Source of the DNA: Mizuhopecten yessoensis
Lineage: Eukaryota
Reading direction: 5' to 3'
Assembly (NCBI RefSeq): GCF_002113885.1
Contig: NW_018408900.1
Coordinates: 260,077-324,076, forward strand
DNA length: 64,000 nucleotides
A program made the translations under genes and the position numbers. The notes beneath the pieces were generated by a model. That model was not told the origin of the DNA and made no database searches. It saw nothing but the letters and a program-made list of their open reading frames with translations. How positions within the stretch are numbered: position 1 is the stretch's first letter; the number at the start of each line of letters is the position of its first letter. This document shows positions 23,610 through 36,719 of the stretch, one piece after another.

Positions 23610-24479
23610 TTAATGAGTGGTGGATGATTTAGATCTGGGAAAAGATGAAATTAAACTATTTATCATATAGGTGTATCAAATTACAATTTCTAGGATCATA
23701 TCATTCCCAAGAATCATCAGTTATCTTTTTCAACACTACAAGGGAAGAGACAGCTGTCCATTTGTTATAAGAATATATCCTCATCAATTTAAAGAAAACT
23801 GTCAGCCATCCCTCCCAACCATATCCAAAATCTGTCATAAAGTTATGGGTTTTTCCTTCGAAAGTACCAATAATCAGCCATGCAGCTTCTGTCAGCTGTT
23901 CCCTTTTTCCATTAGCTTACATAAATGTATGTCATCAATCAGTAAAGAGAAACCCAAACTTATACATAGGCCTGGACTGAAGAAAATACCATACAGTAGC
24001 TGTCTGAAGAAGTTTTGATCACTTGCCTACAGAAAACACTCTGGACATCAAGGATATAGAATTATTAAACATTTTCATAATACAGTTTTGCTGGTCGATA
24101 CATTCATCCACAACAAACGATCACATGAAAATAATGAAGAAAAAATTAGGGTAGATAAGTTGTTTATAAACATTTAATTGAATTCAGAGTTATCAATTAA
24201 ATATAGAGACTACAAAATGACTTTCATTTGAGAAAGCTTTAACTGAAATTTAGTTATCTTGCTATAATAAATTAGTTACCAATCAAACCATCTTGAAGTG
24301 ACTTCACTTATGTCACTCTCTTGTCAAATTCTAATAAACAATGCGAAGCATTATGAGCAAGCTATAGTCTACCACCTTCTCAAACTCCATTATCAAACAA
24401 GGTTACCGCAAAGCACTCCAAAATGTGCTGTCACACGTTGAACTAGGAGTTGTTTGTAACGTTAAAATATATGAAATAT

Positions 24480-25080
24480 TTGAAAAATGCATGTAGTATT
24501 GCATTAATGAAACAAAGGGGAATAATTAAGTCTTTATAATTGTGATACCACTCACTCCACTGATTCAGGAGGCATAACTCAGTAAATAACAGTCGGATAA
24601 TGATGGTTATCCAACTTGTCTTGAGCTTCATGGTAATTAACCTTCCCATTAAGTTAAAAGTTGATCTGCTGAATATTACTCGTGGTATATATAGAACAGA
24701 CTGTTTCAGTAATTGAATAAAGGGGCATAACTCCCTAAATTACTGTCGGATAATGGTGGCTGCCAAATTCATCAGAGCTTTTATTGTAATTAACCTTCCC
24801 ATGAAGTTTTAAGTTAATCCTTTGAAAAGTATTTGAGATATAGAGTGGACACTGTTTCAGCAATTAATTATAGGAGCAAAATTCCAGTTACAGATCATTA
24901 TCTAACTTGTCTGAGCTCTCATCATCAGTTCATGGTAATAATTAACCTTCCTATGAAGTGAATCTGTCGTTAATTTCTTGAGATATCAACAGGACACCCT
25001 GCACGCCCCCCTCCCACAACCTACCTGCTCACATGATAACATAATACATCTGTTACATTCCGACAAGCGTATACAAAAAG
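24480..25080 (-). mobile_element. Degenerate repeat-bearing interspersed element (Helentron-like)
   Basis: Three to four approx. 150-bp units (GGCATAACTC...GGTAATTAACCTTCCCATGAAGTT), ending ...CATGATAACATAATAC...GCGTATACAAAA. Confidence 0.45.
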
Positions 25081-25378
25081 GAAAAAGGGCAATAGCTGTT
25101 GAGACTCTGAATTCAGTATTTCTAGAGGTACTCATATACTCAAATCTGGAAATCGTATATGGCAGAGTATATGAGATGTGCCACAGTATGAGACCTGTAG
25201 TGAACAAAGGGCCATAACTCTGTATATAGCTGAGCACAAGACCTGATTTCAGATTTTTACATTTCACCACCCCAAAACTGGTACTCCAGTATGTCCAGAT
25301 AAAGTGATACACATATATGTATTGACAGCCTGTATGGACATGGTGCAAGGAGGGATGTCCACATATGATACCGGTAAT

Positions 25379-25821
25379 CAGGTTGGGGAAAACCGCAACT
25401 TGCGCAATACGCAAACTCGCCTTTTATACGCCAGTTGGAGTATGGATTTGTTACTAAAAATAACCCAAATCGCTTTAACAGTAACTTTTGCAAGACGTTA
25501 ATAAAAATCGCATTAATTTACGACAAGGTAAATAATATTTTGCTAAAAAAGGTTTACTGAAAGCGTTGGCTACTTAGAAACTTGATGTAACTTTACCGGA
25601 AGTATTGCATCTATTTTTGGTACTTTCCGACATGTAAATAAAGTTTATTTTTGCATTTGTATTATGTTTCGTGACTGAATAAATGCGACATGGACAAACA
25701 ATTTGAAATAGTTATGATTCAAGTGATTTTGGCTATTTTTAGTAACAAATCCATACCCCTATTGGCGTATTATAGGCGAATTTACGTATTATACGCAAGT
25801 TAGTGGTTTTCCCCGACCTTG
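25379..25821. mobile_element. MITE with approx. 95-bp imperfect TIRs
   Basis: CAGGTTGGGGAAAACC..GTATGGATTTGTTACTAAAAATA and TATTTTTAGTAACAAATCCATAC..GGTTTTCCCCGACCTTG, with TAAT on both flanks. Confidence 0.75.
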
Positions 25822-26411
25822 TAATGCTTCTGTGGGTTCTAACCGATAGTCAGTCACTATTTTTTGTCTTTCTTTTTTTTGGCAGAATTATAGTCAAAGG
25901 TCAGGTCATTATGAAATGGGGCTTCTTCTTAAGAATTGTTCATTTTTAGAGAGAAAAAACGTGTGAAGTTGGAAAAAGGATGAAACATGTTTTTTTTCAT
26001 TAAGATATTTAGGAAAAACTGTAAGAGCTTTGTATCTTCCAAATATTTATATGGAGTTAGTAAGTTACAACTTTCCCCGTTACACCCATTATTACATCTT
26101 CTTTCTTGAACAATAATGTCTGTTTTATTATCATTATTATTTATTTAATCGCTGCAACAACAACAACGTGTAAACTAGGCCTAATACTGTACCAGTTGCG
26201 ACGATATCTTTGTTGGATTTCAGATTACAACATCAACAGATCAAGCATAGCAATGTTGTTATGTTATTGACCAATATGTCCTCTCCTCAGAGAACGTTTT
26301 CACATCTCAGTAAGATTATCGTCGTATACTAGGTGCTTTTATAATAAAGATATTGCAAATCTAGCTCGGATCAACCAAGGAGCGATCTTTCCCTTCTTTT
26401 GCAATACTCAC

Positions 26412-26797
26412 CTGTCAGATTCTACACAATCATTTTAGCAGACAACTACTAGAGTGCTCTCCCCTTGATAAACACACTGGTTAGTATAATTTACCAATGT
26501 GTAGCATTTCGTTTTGTTATGATTACAAAACTTTTCTTTTCATTTCTCTTACAATAAAATTCTCAAATATAAACAAAATGATACGCAAGAAAATACATCA
26601 ACATGATTTTATGAAAAAAATGTTTTTAATAATATTGAAGCGATGTTTTTTTTTATTTCTTTCCGTACTTAAAAGTCTTGCTAAAAATAAGTATACAAAG
26701 ATACAAAGTCCGTTCCTACACTTGCCGGTACGTTGGGGACCTCGAGCTCTGTTGTGTAAAGTCAAATTGCTTATAAATTTAACATCAGACGCTAGAA
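26412..26797. promoter_or_regulatory. Probable thiolase/HSDL2 bidirectional promoter
   Basis: Consensus minus-strand donor CAG|GTGAGT at 26412 (candidate thiolase 5'UTR exon joining the acceptor at 23634) lies about 385 bp from the HSDL2 ATG. Confidence 0.5.
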
Positions 26798-29700
26798 ATG
26801 GCTGCAAACACTGGGTATGTATAGCATGGAACGGGTGCTAATGCTGAAATAAGATGAAATGAATGCTGCTTTAGATATGCTTTCATCGTAAATTATTTCT
26901 TGAAACTTTTTACAACAACTGTGAACAAGAATTTGTAAAGAAACTTTGGTCTTTGCACAGGACAGGGACGAATACATGAGAAAATTATACAAAGTTCCTA
27001 GGGTCGAAGTATCCTATTAATTATATAACACTTCGTACGGCCCATAATTTCCAAAGGGGCACATTGAGAAACGTTTTTATTTATGTCGTAAGTGTCATTG
27101 GCATTGAAATCGAAGTACACGCAACTAAGAGTGGAACCTGATTAAACCGACCGTAACGTAATTAAGGTGGCAGTACCCAAACCGAATCGGTACCCAAATC
27201 GGATCACTTTTTGCAAAAAAATACTTAAATGTGTCAACAAATCAGTTATAACAGAGACGTATTATACGTCTCTGGTTATAACAATGATGTAGTGTTAGAA
27301 TAGATAGCCATGCACCATTTTTTGTCTACAGGTAATTAAGTTTTTAAGTTCAAATAGCGCAAGAAAACGTAATTCAAACTCAAATGTCAATGTTTTGATA
27401 ACGTTTATAAAAAATGGTGCGTGCAATCTTTTTTGGACTATAGGAATAAATTCACACTAGAAATACTTTTTGCCATATAAATTCTAAAGGTCATCATAAA
27501 ATGTTAATATGCTGACAAAAAAATATTCATTTGAAGCGTACGATACTGCACAATTCAAGCCTTGATCCGTTTTGGGTCCCGACATTAGCAAAAACTGGAG
27601 ACGCTGATTGGTGACTATAAATATCTCAAGTGAGCCCAAGGTGCTAATTTGTTAGAACACCCATCAATATTCTTTCTTTGATACAACTATAAATGAATAT
27701 AATTCATCCCCAGATTTTTCAATGATTTAAAAAACTGAAGGTTTGGTGGTCCGATTTGGGTACTGTCACCTTACACTTTATGTTGAAAAATACCTCTCCA
27801 TACAACTCCTCAAACACTATGCTCCCAATTTCAACGAAATATATCAGATATGATAACTACTTTTTTGCAACCCTTTTTATGGAGTTATGGCCCTTTTTTT
27901 AAAAGTCCTTGTCCTGACAGTTTTTCCTAATCTACTAGGCCAATTTTAAAGAAAGTTTACGGATATGGCAACTGCCCCTACACGTTGTGCTTTCAAGTCG
28001 TGCTTTTTCATTTTGACCCTTTTAAAAGGAGTTATGGCCCTTTGTTGAAAAAAACTTTTTCTGCCTCCTAAACTACTGGGCCAATTTCAATGAAAGTTTA
28101 CAGATATGGTAATAAGCCCCTAATGGTGTTTTTTCATATTAACCTTTTTTTAAGGAGTAATATCCCTTTGTTAAAAATCTTTGTCCTGACATCTCTTCTT
28201 TACTACTAGGACACATCTCTTCCTTTACTACTAGGCACATTTCAGGAAAATTGTTCATCAGGGCTAACAAGATTTCATTTGCAAGTATGTTTAGGCATTG
28301 AGAGGGAGTACAGGAAGTATGTGAGTGATTTGTATACTTAAATAAGTGTACAGCTCAATCAATAAAGAAATCATTACTGATGGGAGACTATGGATTGCTT
28401 TGCAATGCTCTGCCTTAGTAAGACTTTAGCTTACAGTTTTGGTTTATATAGGAGCAGGTGTATTAGTTAGCCTTTGGCTTAGAGTTCTAATTGACATTGA
28501 TGTAAAAGTTCACTTGGCAATAAGTTATAACAATTGAAATAGGTTGGGAACATCTTCTGACTTTGAAAGGATGTATTGGATTATGATGCATCTTCTGAGT
28601 TCAGATCAAACAAGAGTAAATGATCTTTATAAAACTTCCATAAGAACAACTATGAAACAAGTTATTCCAACTTATTTTAATCAATCTTGTTGGTCCATAT
28701 TGTGTATCTTCATTTCAGTCTAATAATATTGACTAAGGTTATTATGCAGAATGCACAGCAGAATAACAAATAAACATAGTAAATTCTGTGCTTCATCAAT
28801 CTTTATTTTCCAGTATTATTTTGCCAACCAAGTATAGTTGAAATCTGATAATAGTTAAGAAGGTTGTCACATTGAAATAACAATGAACAACAGGGTCAGA
28901 CAAAGAGATGGATGAACGCCATTCCAGACATGGGTATGCCTTATTCTTACCTGTACAAAGATGAACCTACAGAATCAAAAGAAAGTTTTTATCGGTTCAG
29001 TATTTCGAGGATTGGTTAGGAATTTCAGTTTATCCTGTCAAGTCAGATGATGTTGAAAACCTGTTAAATGCAAAAAACAATTAAGATTCTCCTTTCAAAT
29101 TTATTTTGTAGTGTTTTAGCAGGGAAGACTCTGTTCATCACAGGGGCAAGTCGTGGTATAGGTAAAGCCATAGCCCTGAAGGCCGCAAGGGATGGAGCTA
29201 ATGTTGTCATAGCAGCAAAAACGACAGAGCCACATCCCAAACTACCTGGCACCATTTACACTGCAGCCAAGGAAGGTATGCTATATATGACACTTATGTT
29301 TGCACTAATTAGTAAAATAAATGTTTAACAGGGAAGAAACAGACATAAAAACTAGTTGCACACTGATCATTAAATCATTCCATTTATTATTGCCCGCTTT
29401 CACCGAAACGGGGGATATTGATTTGGGTTTGTCCGTCTGTCTGTCTGTTTGTCACGCTTCGTTTCCGTGCAATAACTACAACAAATGTTAACCGATTTTC
29501 TTCAAACTTGGTCACCGGGTAAAATGCCTTATGGGCTCGGCCAAGCTTGATGACCACTTTAATCGGACTCCATTCGGCAGAGTCATTATCTGCATGCAGT
29601 TTCCTCTTAATAACTCTAGCAAATATTAGATAAGGGGGGGGGGGGGGGGGGGGGGGGGTTCTTCAAGTTTCAAGCTATACATTATGTCTCCACAGAACGA

Positions 29701-32700
29701 TACTCACATGTTTAAACTTAACCTCAATAATGTTTATCTACAATATGCCCTGAAAGCGGGGGGTATAAATTCCACGAACTTGCTTGTTAATAGTAATAAC
29801 ATGCCTGGTAATAAGCCCATCCATGACTAGGATCAGGAGTAATCTAACCCATACACATGAGTTTTGTGTATAAGTTTGTGTACTTCTTGTCGAGTTATTA
29901 TGTTGTTCTCTGGTTATTGCAGTTGAGGATGCAGGAGGAAAATGTCTGCCCTGTGTGGTAGATATCCGACAAGAAGAGCAGGTACGGAAAGCAGTAGAGG
30001 AAGCAGTGGCCAAGTTTGGAGGGATTGATATCCTTATCAACAATGCCAGTGCTATCTCCCTCACTGGCACACAGGCAACTGGCATGAAGAAATATGACCT
30101 GATGATGAATATCAATGGCAGGGGCACATACCTCTGGTGGGTGTTATCTCTCTATATTTACTACGTATGGCATTGCCACTATATAACCCTTCCAAATTCA
30201 GTTGGCATTGATCATATAGGCTATGAATGCCATGAACCGATAATACCGATTGTTGACGTCATCATTATTATGATGTGATGATTGTTACGTTGGATACCAC
30301 TTACCCTCCACTGGCGATGGCTGTTCTATTCATTAAACAAGCATACACGGTACATGCATTATTTTAACTAAATGCTGAAAAAAATAAGTGTAAAATAAGT
30401 TTAGGAGATGAACAGATTCCAAAAAATGGTAAATATACATGCAAGTATTGAACTGCTTTTTGTTGGCATTCATAGGCAATATGAATTCCAAGTGGACAAA
30501 GGCAAATCCAACTAAAAGCAGTTCAATGCTTAGTGTTTGACAGCGGCAAAAATAGCTTTGTTTCTGTTAAAAAATACCTTAAATATTGTAAATGCTAATT
30601 CCATGATATGTACATGTATTACTTTATATAGGATATTTTGGGCAAGTAAATTTCATTTTTGGGGAATTGTTTTTTCCCCTGCCCACGAATTGTCTGTATT
30701 ACATTGGTACCAGGTGTATACATCAGGTTGAAAAAATATGTAATCTTTATTTTTGACCACTACTGGCCAAATATCACCTTGATTTCTCTTGGTTTTTAGA
30801 AGAAGTTGTTGAAAGTAAAAAGTTGACGCCAGACAGACAACGGACGCCGCACCACGGCATAAGCTGAGCTAAAAATGAGACAATGTTTTACTTTAATGTG
30901 ATTAAAATTTTTACAGTGTCTTAAAATATTATGTCTTTATTTCAGTTCACATGTGTGTATGCCTTACCTCCTGAAGAGTTCTAATCCTCACATTTTGAAC
31001 ATCAGTCCTCCCCTCAACATGAACAAGGATTGGTTCAAAGGCCATGTTGGTGAGAATCACTCAAATATTTATTTTTTTAAATATATTCAATCAATGGGTA
31101 AAGACTTTTTGCAAGATAACCAGATTTCTAGGTCATTTAATATTAATGCCATTGTATCACTTCACTATTTCTAACTTTGTTTTCATCAAGTACATGTACT
31201 TTGTAGGTCATAGTTATCTAGAATTTGGGTATTGACCATATCCCCCAAAACTCCTATCAAAGGTTTTGGTGAATTCTTGCAAACAAAATGTAGATTATAT
31301 ATATTTTTAATTTCTATTTTGTTTCTCTTTTAAATTTATTGCATATATTTCATCACTAGCTGATACTGAAATTACAGTAATTTCAATAAATATAGTCCGA
31401 ATTATTCTGAAGTTTTATCGACTTTTTTTTATATCGGTCTGTCGTCGATTAATGACAGACCGAAATAAAAAAAAAAATCAAATAAACGTCAGAATAATTC
31501 GGACTAAGTAGAAACTTGATTGATAGCTATATATATTGTCAGTTGTCGGCATTAAATTCAATGCAAATACTAGCTGTTGATGCCAATTATATCTTACTAA
31601 ACTTGGAGCACAATAACAATTTTGAAAAGTGTTGAATAAACAGCTGTTCATCCATACCCCCTGAAACTTCTGTGTGAAATACATTTGAAAATCAAATGTT
31701 GCAACTGATTAAGTAAACATTGAAATGGGAAATGATCTCAATGTTGATTCTAGAGGGAAGGTACAATTTATTTTCTTTTGGTGTCCAAAGTTCAATAATC
31801 ATGAAGCTGATTTAGGGAGTTGCTTGCTGATGATTGGTAAATTCATACCCTAACTTGACTATTTAGGAAGTACTGGTAATATTTTACAGCCTACACTATG
31901 GCCAAGTATGGGATGTCCATGTGTGTCTTGGGGATGGCTGAGGAGTTCAAACCTGAAGGTATTGCTGTGAATGCTCTCTGGCCAAGAACAGGTAAATTTC
32001 AAAAGGTTTAAACAAATTTAATGTCCCATCATCTTCCTGAATATGTATTCCACACCCTTGTAGGTAAATCAGCTTATAATCTAATTAAAATAAACCTGTA
32101 GAGTTAACCTTTATGTGGAAAATTATATCGAGTCATAGCATGATTTTTCAAGGTACATTCATTTGTTCATTGTTCAGGTGTACCCTGGGACATCACAGCT
32201 GTTTCACCTGTCTTACTTTGGACAAAAGATCTATCTATACACCTCATATAAATATAGCTTCACCTTTTGATATGGTAATCATAAGTCTACATATCAATTA
32301 AGTCTTTGTGGTCTATATATCAAGTCTTTGTGGCCTATTTAATTGTCATTACTCATTATCTGCTATATTTAAAGCTTCCTGTCTTCATTGTTTCAATGTT
32401 TTGCTGATTAATACAAAATGCTGTAGCTTGTGTAATTACATTTTCTAGCTCACCAGGTCCGAAGGACCAAGGTGAGCTTATGCCATACTGTGGCGTCCGT
32501 CATCCGTCCGTCAACAATTTCTTTAAACGACTTCTTCTTTTTAACTACTGATTGGAATTTAATTTAATTTGACTGGATGCATCCCTAGGTGGTGGGGATT
32601 CAAAATTGTACAAATGGTGGAGCTGACCCCCCAGGGGGCTGAGGGGTGGGGCCATAAGGGGGCAATTTGGCTATATTGCTACAAACGACTTCTTCTGTAG

Positions 32701-35700
32701 AACTATGCCATGGATATCGATCATATTTTGTCGGAAGCATTCATGGGAGGGAGGGATTCAAAATTGTACAAATGGTGGGGCTGACCCCCCAGGCTAAGGG
32801 GTGGGGCCAAAAAAAGTTTATTACATGGAAATGGTTGAGATCCCACCATAAAACCATATATACAATTGCTGAGTATACAAAGAAGAATGCACATTTGCTT
32901 CCAGGATGGCCCTAGGGTCTGGTCCCACCCTTTGAGACATAGTCCCTGGGCCATAACTTTAAAATGGTTAAGATCCCCACCCCAAAACTATATATACAAT
33001 TGTTGGGCATAAAGAGACGAATGCAGTCATGATATTAGAATTGACCCCAGGGTCTGCCCCACCCTTTCAAACTTAACCCTTGGGTCATATTTTTGAAACA
33101 GTTGAGATCCCCACCCCAAAACTGTATATACAAATGCTGGTCAAAAAGAGAATAATGCAGTCATGATATTAGAATTGATCCTGGGTTCTGGCCACAACCC
33201 TAGGGACCCCGTTCCTGAGTCACAGTTTAGAAACAGTTGAGATCCCCACCCATAACCATACATAAAATTGCTGGGCATGAACAATCTAATTCAGATATGC
33301 TACAAGGATTGGCCTTGGGGTCTGGCATATTCCCTTGGATCTCATTTGGAGAATATTTTGCCATGATTGCTTAGATATCCAGGTGAGCGATACAGGCCCT
33401 CTGGGCCTCTTGTTCTTGTATGTTTGCTTTACTTTGAGCTCCTATTCTAATTCTAAAAATGACATATTTTTTTCACTGGATCTACTTTTTTTTTGAAATA
33501 ATACAACCAGAAAGAAAAGAAAAAAAGAAACTTCTAAATAAAATAGGCATTTGGAAGCTGTACATGACCGAGTTTGATCTGAAACAGCTGTCTGCCCATT
33601 TACTTAAATGTGTTGGTATTTTCCAGCCATCTACACTGCTGCCATGGAGATGTTAGGGGGTGGAGATGAGGTAGCTAAGCAGTGCCGCAAGCCTGAAATC
33701 ATGTCGGATGCTGCCTATGTGATGCTGACCAAAAACAGCAAATCCTACACTGGGAACTTCGCCATTGATGACGAAGTACTCACAGCAGAAGGGATCAAGG
33801 ATATGGAGCAATACAGTTGGGTCAAAGGTACAAAACTAGGGTCACATGTATCGTTATCTCATATATTAGAATCAGAAACAGACCTAAGCAAAGTGTTAAA
33901 CAACATGCTGAAAACTCTTTCTTGAACAACACAGCAAATCTACCTGCACACAGATAATATAGAGTTACAACAACAAACATAGTTCTATAGCACACCAGGT
34001 GCTGTACCCGGCCTTCCCACTCAAGTTCCTTTCTTTTGTCATCCATGACTGACTTGGTCACCACTTGATGGATAGCCCTATAGCGCTATCTCCAATTCCA
34101 CATACCCCCATCAATAAATGCATGATGTTACCCAAATCATAAGATTTGACCTCAAATGTACTTTTGACCAAAGTGCTGCTCTCTATTGATACCAACTGTC
34201 TTACATGTTATAAGATTGTCTCATTCTTTATAAGCCCATCAGATGGTGGACTATTCAAATCACCCTGCATCCGTGGTCCATCTGTCCCATCATTTCGTCC
34301 GTCATTCCATCATTGCGTCCGTCCTTGAAAAATTTTGTTTGCATTATTTCTCAGAAAGTACTGGAGGTATCTTTCTTAAATTTCACATGAAGGTTCCCCA
34401 TGATCCCTAGTTATGTATATCTTTTTTTTGGGACTGATTGCAAATCCAAAATGGCCGATAGGCAGCCATCTTGAATTTGAAAGTTAAAGTTTGTAAGCAC
34501 TATTTCTCAGAATGTACTGGAGGGATCTTTCTTAAATCTTTCATAAAGGTTCCCCATGATCCCTAGTTTATGCATTTCAAATTTTTGGGATGATTGGAAA
34601 ACCAAGATGGGTGGCAGGTGATCGTATTGAGTTTGGGGGTAAACGTTTTTTAGCCCTATTGCTCAAAAGGTCTTGTATGGATCTTTCTCAAATTTCACAT
34701 AAGGGTCCTCTTGTTCTTAGTTATGCATATCAAATCATATTGGCTGGCCATCTTGTTACAGTTTAAGCTTCTTATCGCTATTTCTCAGAATTTACTGGAG
34801 AATTTTTTCTCAAATTTGATATGTATGTTCCACTTGGTCCTGAGTTGTGCATGTTAGCTTTTGAGGTTGATCAAAAGGTTGATTAAGATGGCAGATAGAG
34901 AAAAGATCAAACTTACATAGAACTAATGAAGATGGTACTATGGTGGGTGCCAAGATCCGTAGCTCTGGGATCTCTTGCCATTAATTACCTAATTTACAGC
35001 CCATTTTGTTTCAAAAGGAACTTTTAAAGGGAGTAGTAACAACAGATTTTCTAATCCTATACCTCTGTTGAAAGAATCGTTTCAGACGTAGTATGATTTC
35101 CTCATGGTCCTAAGAAATGTTTCTTTCAAGTTTTATTTGAAATGATTTGTTACTTCTGATTAGCTTTTGCATTGTTTTTATCTTCACAGAATCAGCCATA
35201 TAGATTTTGACCAAACTTGGCAAGAGTTCACATGGCCCTAAACACATAATAATACCATGTTAGCCACATTCATGAATTTACTGATCATGAAGTAACACTA
35301 ATCAATGCATTTAAGTTGTCTGTTAATAAAGTACATGTATCAGATTTAGCAATACAGATCTTAATGACCCGTTTTCTAGTGACTACAGGAGTTCAGGCTT
35401 GGAAAAATTAAAAATTCTTGATTCAAGAAAGATTTTAGAGAAAATTCATGACGCAGGGCCCTGGTCTAATTAAAGAAAAATTCTGTACCTTATTTTAGGC
35501 AGCAAACTTCTACCCGACTTCTTCCTTGATGTTGATGCCAACACACTGAGGGAGCAAATGTCTGAAGGTGGTGCCACGCCTGCTTTTGGCGGAACCAAAG
35601 GGGGTGCTGGACCAGCCAAGACCTTTGACGCCATCCAGACTATGCTTAGTGAGGAACTAGTAGGCAGTATCGGAGGTGTCTTCCAGTTCAATTTATCAGG

Positions 35701-36719
35701 TAAGTGGTCTCTTGGCAGATTCATAAAAACGAGTAAATAATATAGTCTTGTTATTGGTCTCTGATATCTCTGCACAATGTTTAGTATTTGATGGATGTCA
35801 GGAAGGACTGTTGTCAGAATATTGTGACAGGGTGGAGTGTTTATGTCCAGGTTAAGCAAAACAAAAAAATACTTGTTTCTGCTAACGTTCCAATTTCATT
35901 TTGGAAAATACTTTCACTACGCTTATATAGAGCAGACTTCTGACTTTAACAGTGCATTATCACTATATGATAAAATCTCTTAGGGTAGGCACAAAAATCT
36001 AAGGTAGGTAGTTTGCGGAAAACATTTTTTCTATTTGGCCTTTTGACATTTCAGTGAGTGATCACTTAAAGTGCCCTTTGAGTGGCCTGTCATCTGTGGA
36101 CATATGGCCTTAGTCTTTGTTCAGCATATCAATTTTAATGCAAGATGTACATTTGTTTGAAGTTTGAAACTAATTCAACCTTACTACCTGGGTACACTGT
36201 ATACAAGCCTGTTCTTGTGTGCTAATGCCTGATGACATTACAATAATTAACTACACTACACTGTTTCTCTGTAATGAGAGCAAGTTTATCATGACTAAGA
36301 CTGGTTGTATACAGTATTTCCAGTGTGAAGGTAGTGTTAATTTTAGGCTTATACTAGTACAGATTTCACATGTTAGATTTGTCACTTAGGCAAACGTTGC
36401 CGGCCATACATTATATCAGTAGCGTCCATCTCAGCTGGTTGTCGGGCAATGTACCTGAGTTTGTTTTTGTGTTGTAGGGACTGATGAAAGTACATGGTTC
36501 ATCAATTTGAAATCTGGCGAGGGTAGTTTGGGACCTGGTGAGCCCCCAATGGGAGCTGACTGTACAATGAGCATGGACAGTGCTGACTTTCAGAAGATGT
36601 TCGGAGGAGAGCTCAAACCTGTTGCAGCCTTTATGTCTGGCAAACTAAAGATCAAAGGAGACATGGCTTTGGCCATGAAGCTAGAAAAACTCATGAACAA
36701 AATGTCACCAAAATTGTAA
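26798..36719 (+). CDS. HSDL2: Hydroxysteroid dehydrogenase-like protein 2 (SDR + SCP2 domain), 8 exons, about 414 aa
   Basis: Exons 26798-26814, 29112-29275, 29923-30136, 30946-31049, 31890-31991, 33627-33827, 35499-35699, 36478-36719. Motifs MAANTG, TGASRGIG, PHPKLPGTIYTAA, NNASA, NISPPL, catalytic YTMAK, PDFFLD, SCP2 domain (AFMSGKLKIKGDMALAMKLEKLM), ends SPKL*. Confidence 0.95.
27163..27773. mobile_element. TIR element, possibly Kolobok-like, non-autonomous
   Basis: TTAA-GGTGGCAGTACCCAAA ... TTTGGGTACTGTCACC-TTAC. It adjoins, and is probably inserted in, an older GAGTTATGGCCCT-repeat element that extends to about 28420. Confidence 0.65.
29388..29788 (+). mobile_element. Helentron-like element containing a G25 run
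   Basis: CCCGCTTTCA ... TGAAAGCGGG subterminal IR, (GTCT)n tract, G run 29634-29658, ends CTTGTT. Confidence 0.5.
30443..30531. repeat. Short inverted-repeat element
   Basis: AAGTATTGAACTGCTTTTTGTTGG ... CCAACTAAAAGCAGTTCAATGCTT. Confidence 0.6.
31393..31506. mobile_element. Palindromic element, family C (diverged copy)
   Basis: TAGTCCGAATTATTCTGA...TCAGAATAATTCGGACTA; aligns with 14596-14717. Confidence 0.8.
32441..33414 (+). mobile_element. Helentron-like (HINE-type) element with tandem core repeats
   Basis: TTTTCTAGCTCACCAGG..hairpin..GGTGAGC, (CGTC)n, internal repeats, end CCAGGTGAGCGATACAGGCCCTCTGGGCCTCTTGTT. Confidence 0.75.
34228..34977 (+). mobile_element. Helentron-like element with approx. 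160-bp internal repeats
   Basis: GCCCATC ... GGTGGGTG IR, CGTCC tract, repeated TATTTCTCAGAA..GGATCTTTCT.AAATTTCACAT, end GATCC..GGATCTCTTG. Confidence 0.6.

Noticed and set aside
29064-30127. Antisense ORFs over HSDL2 exons (also 52996-53178)
   Set aside because: Shadow frames of the coding exons.
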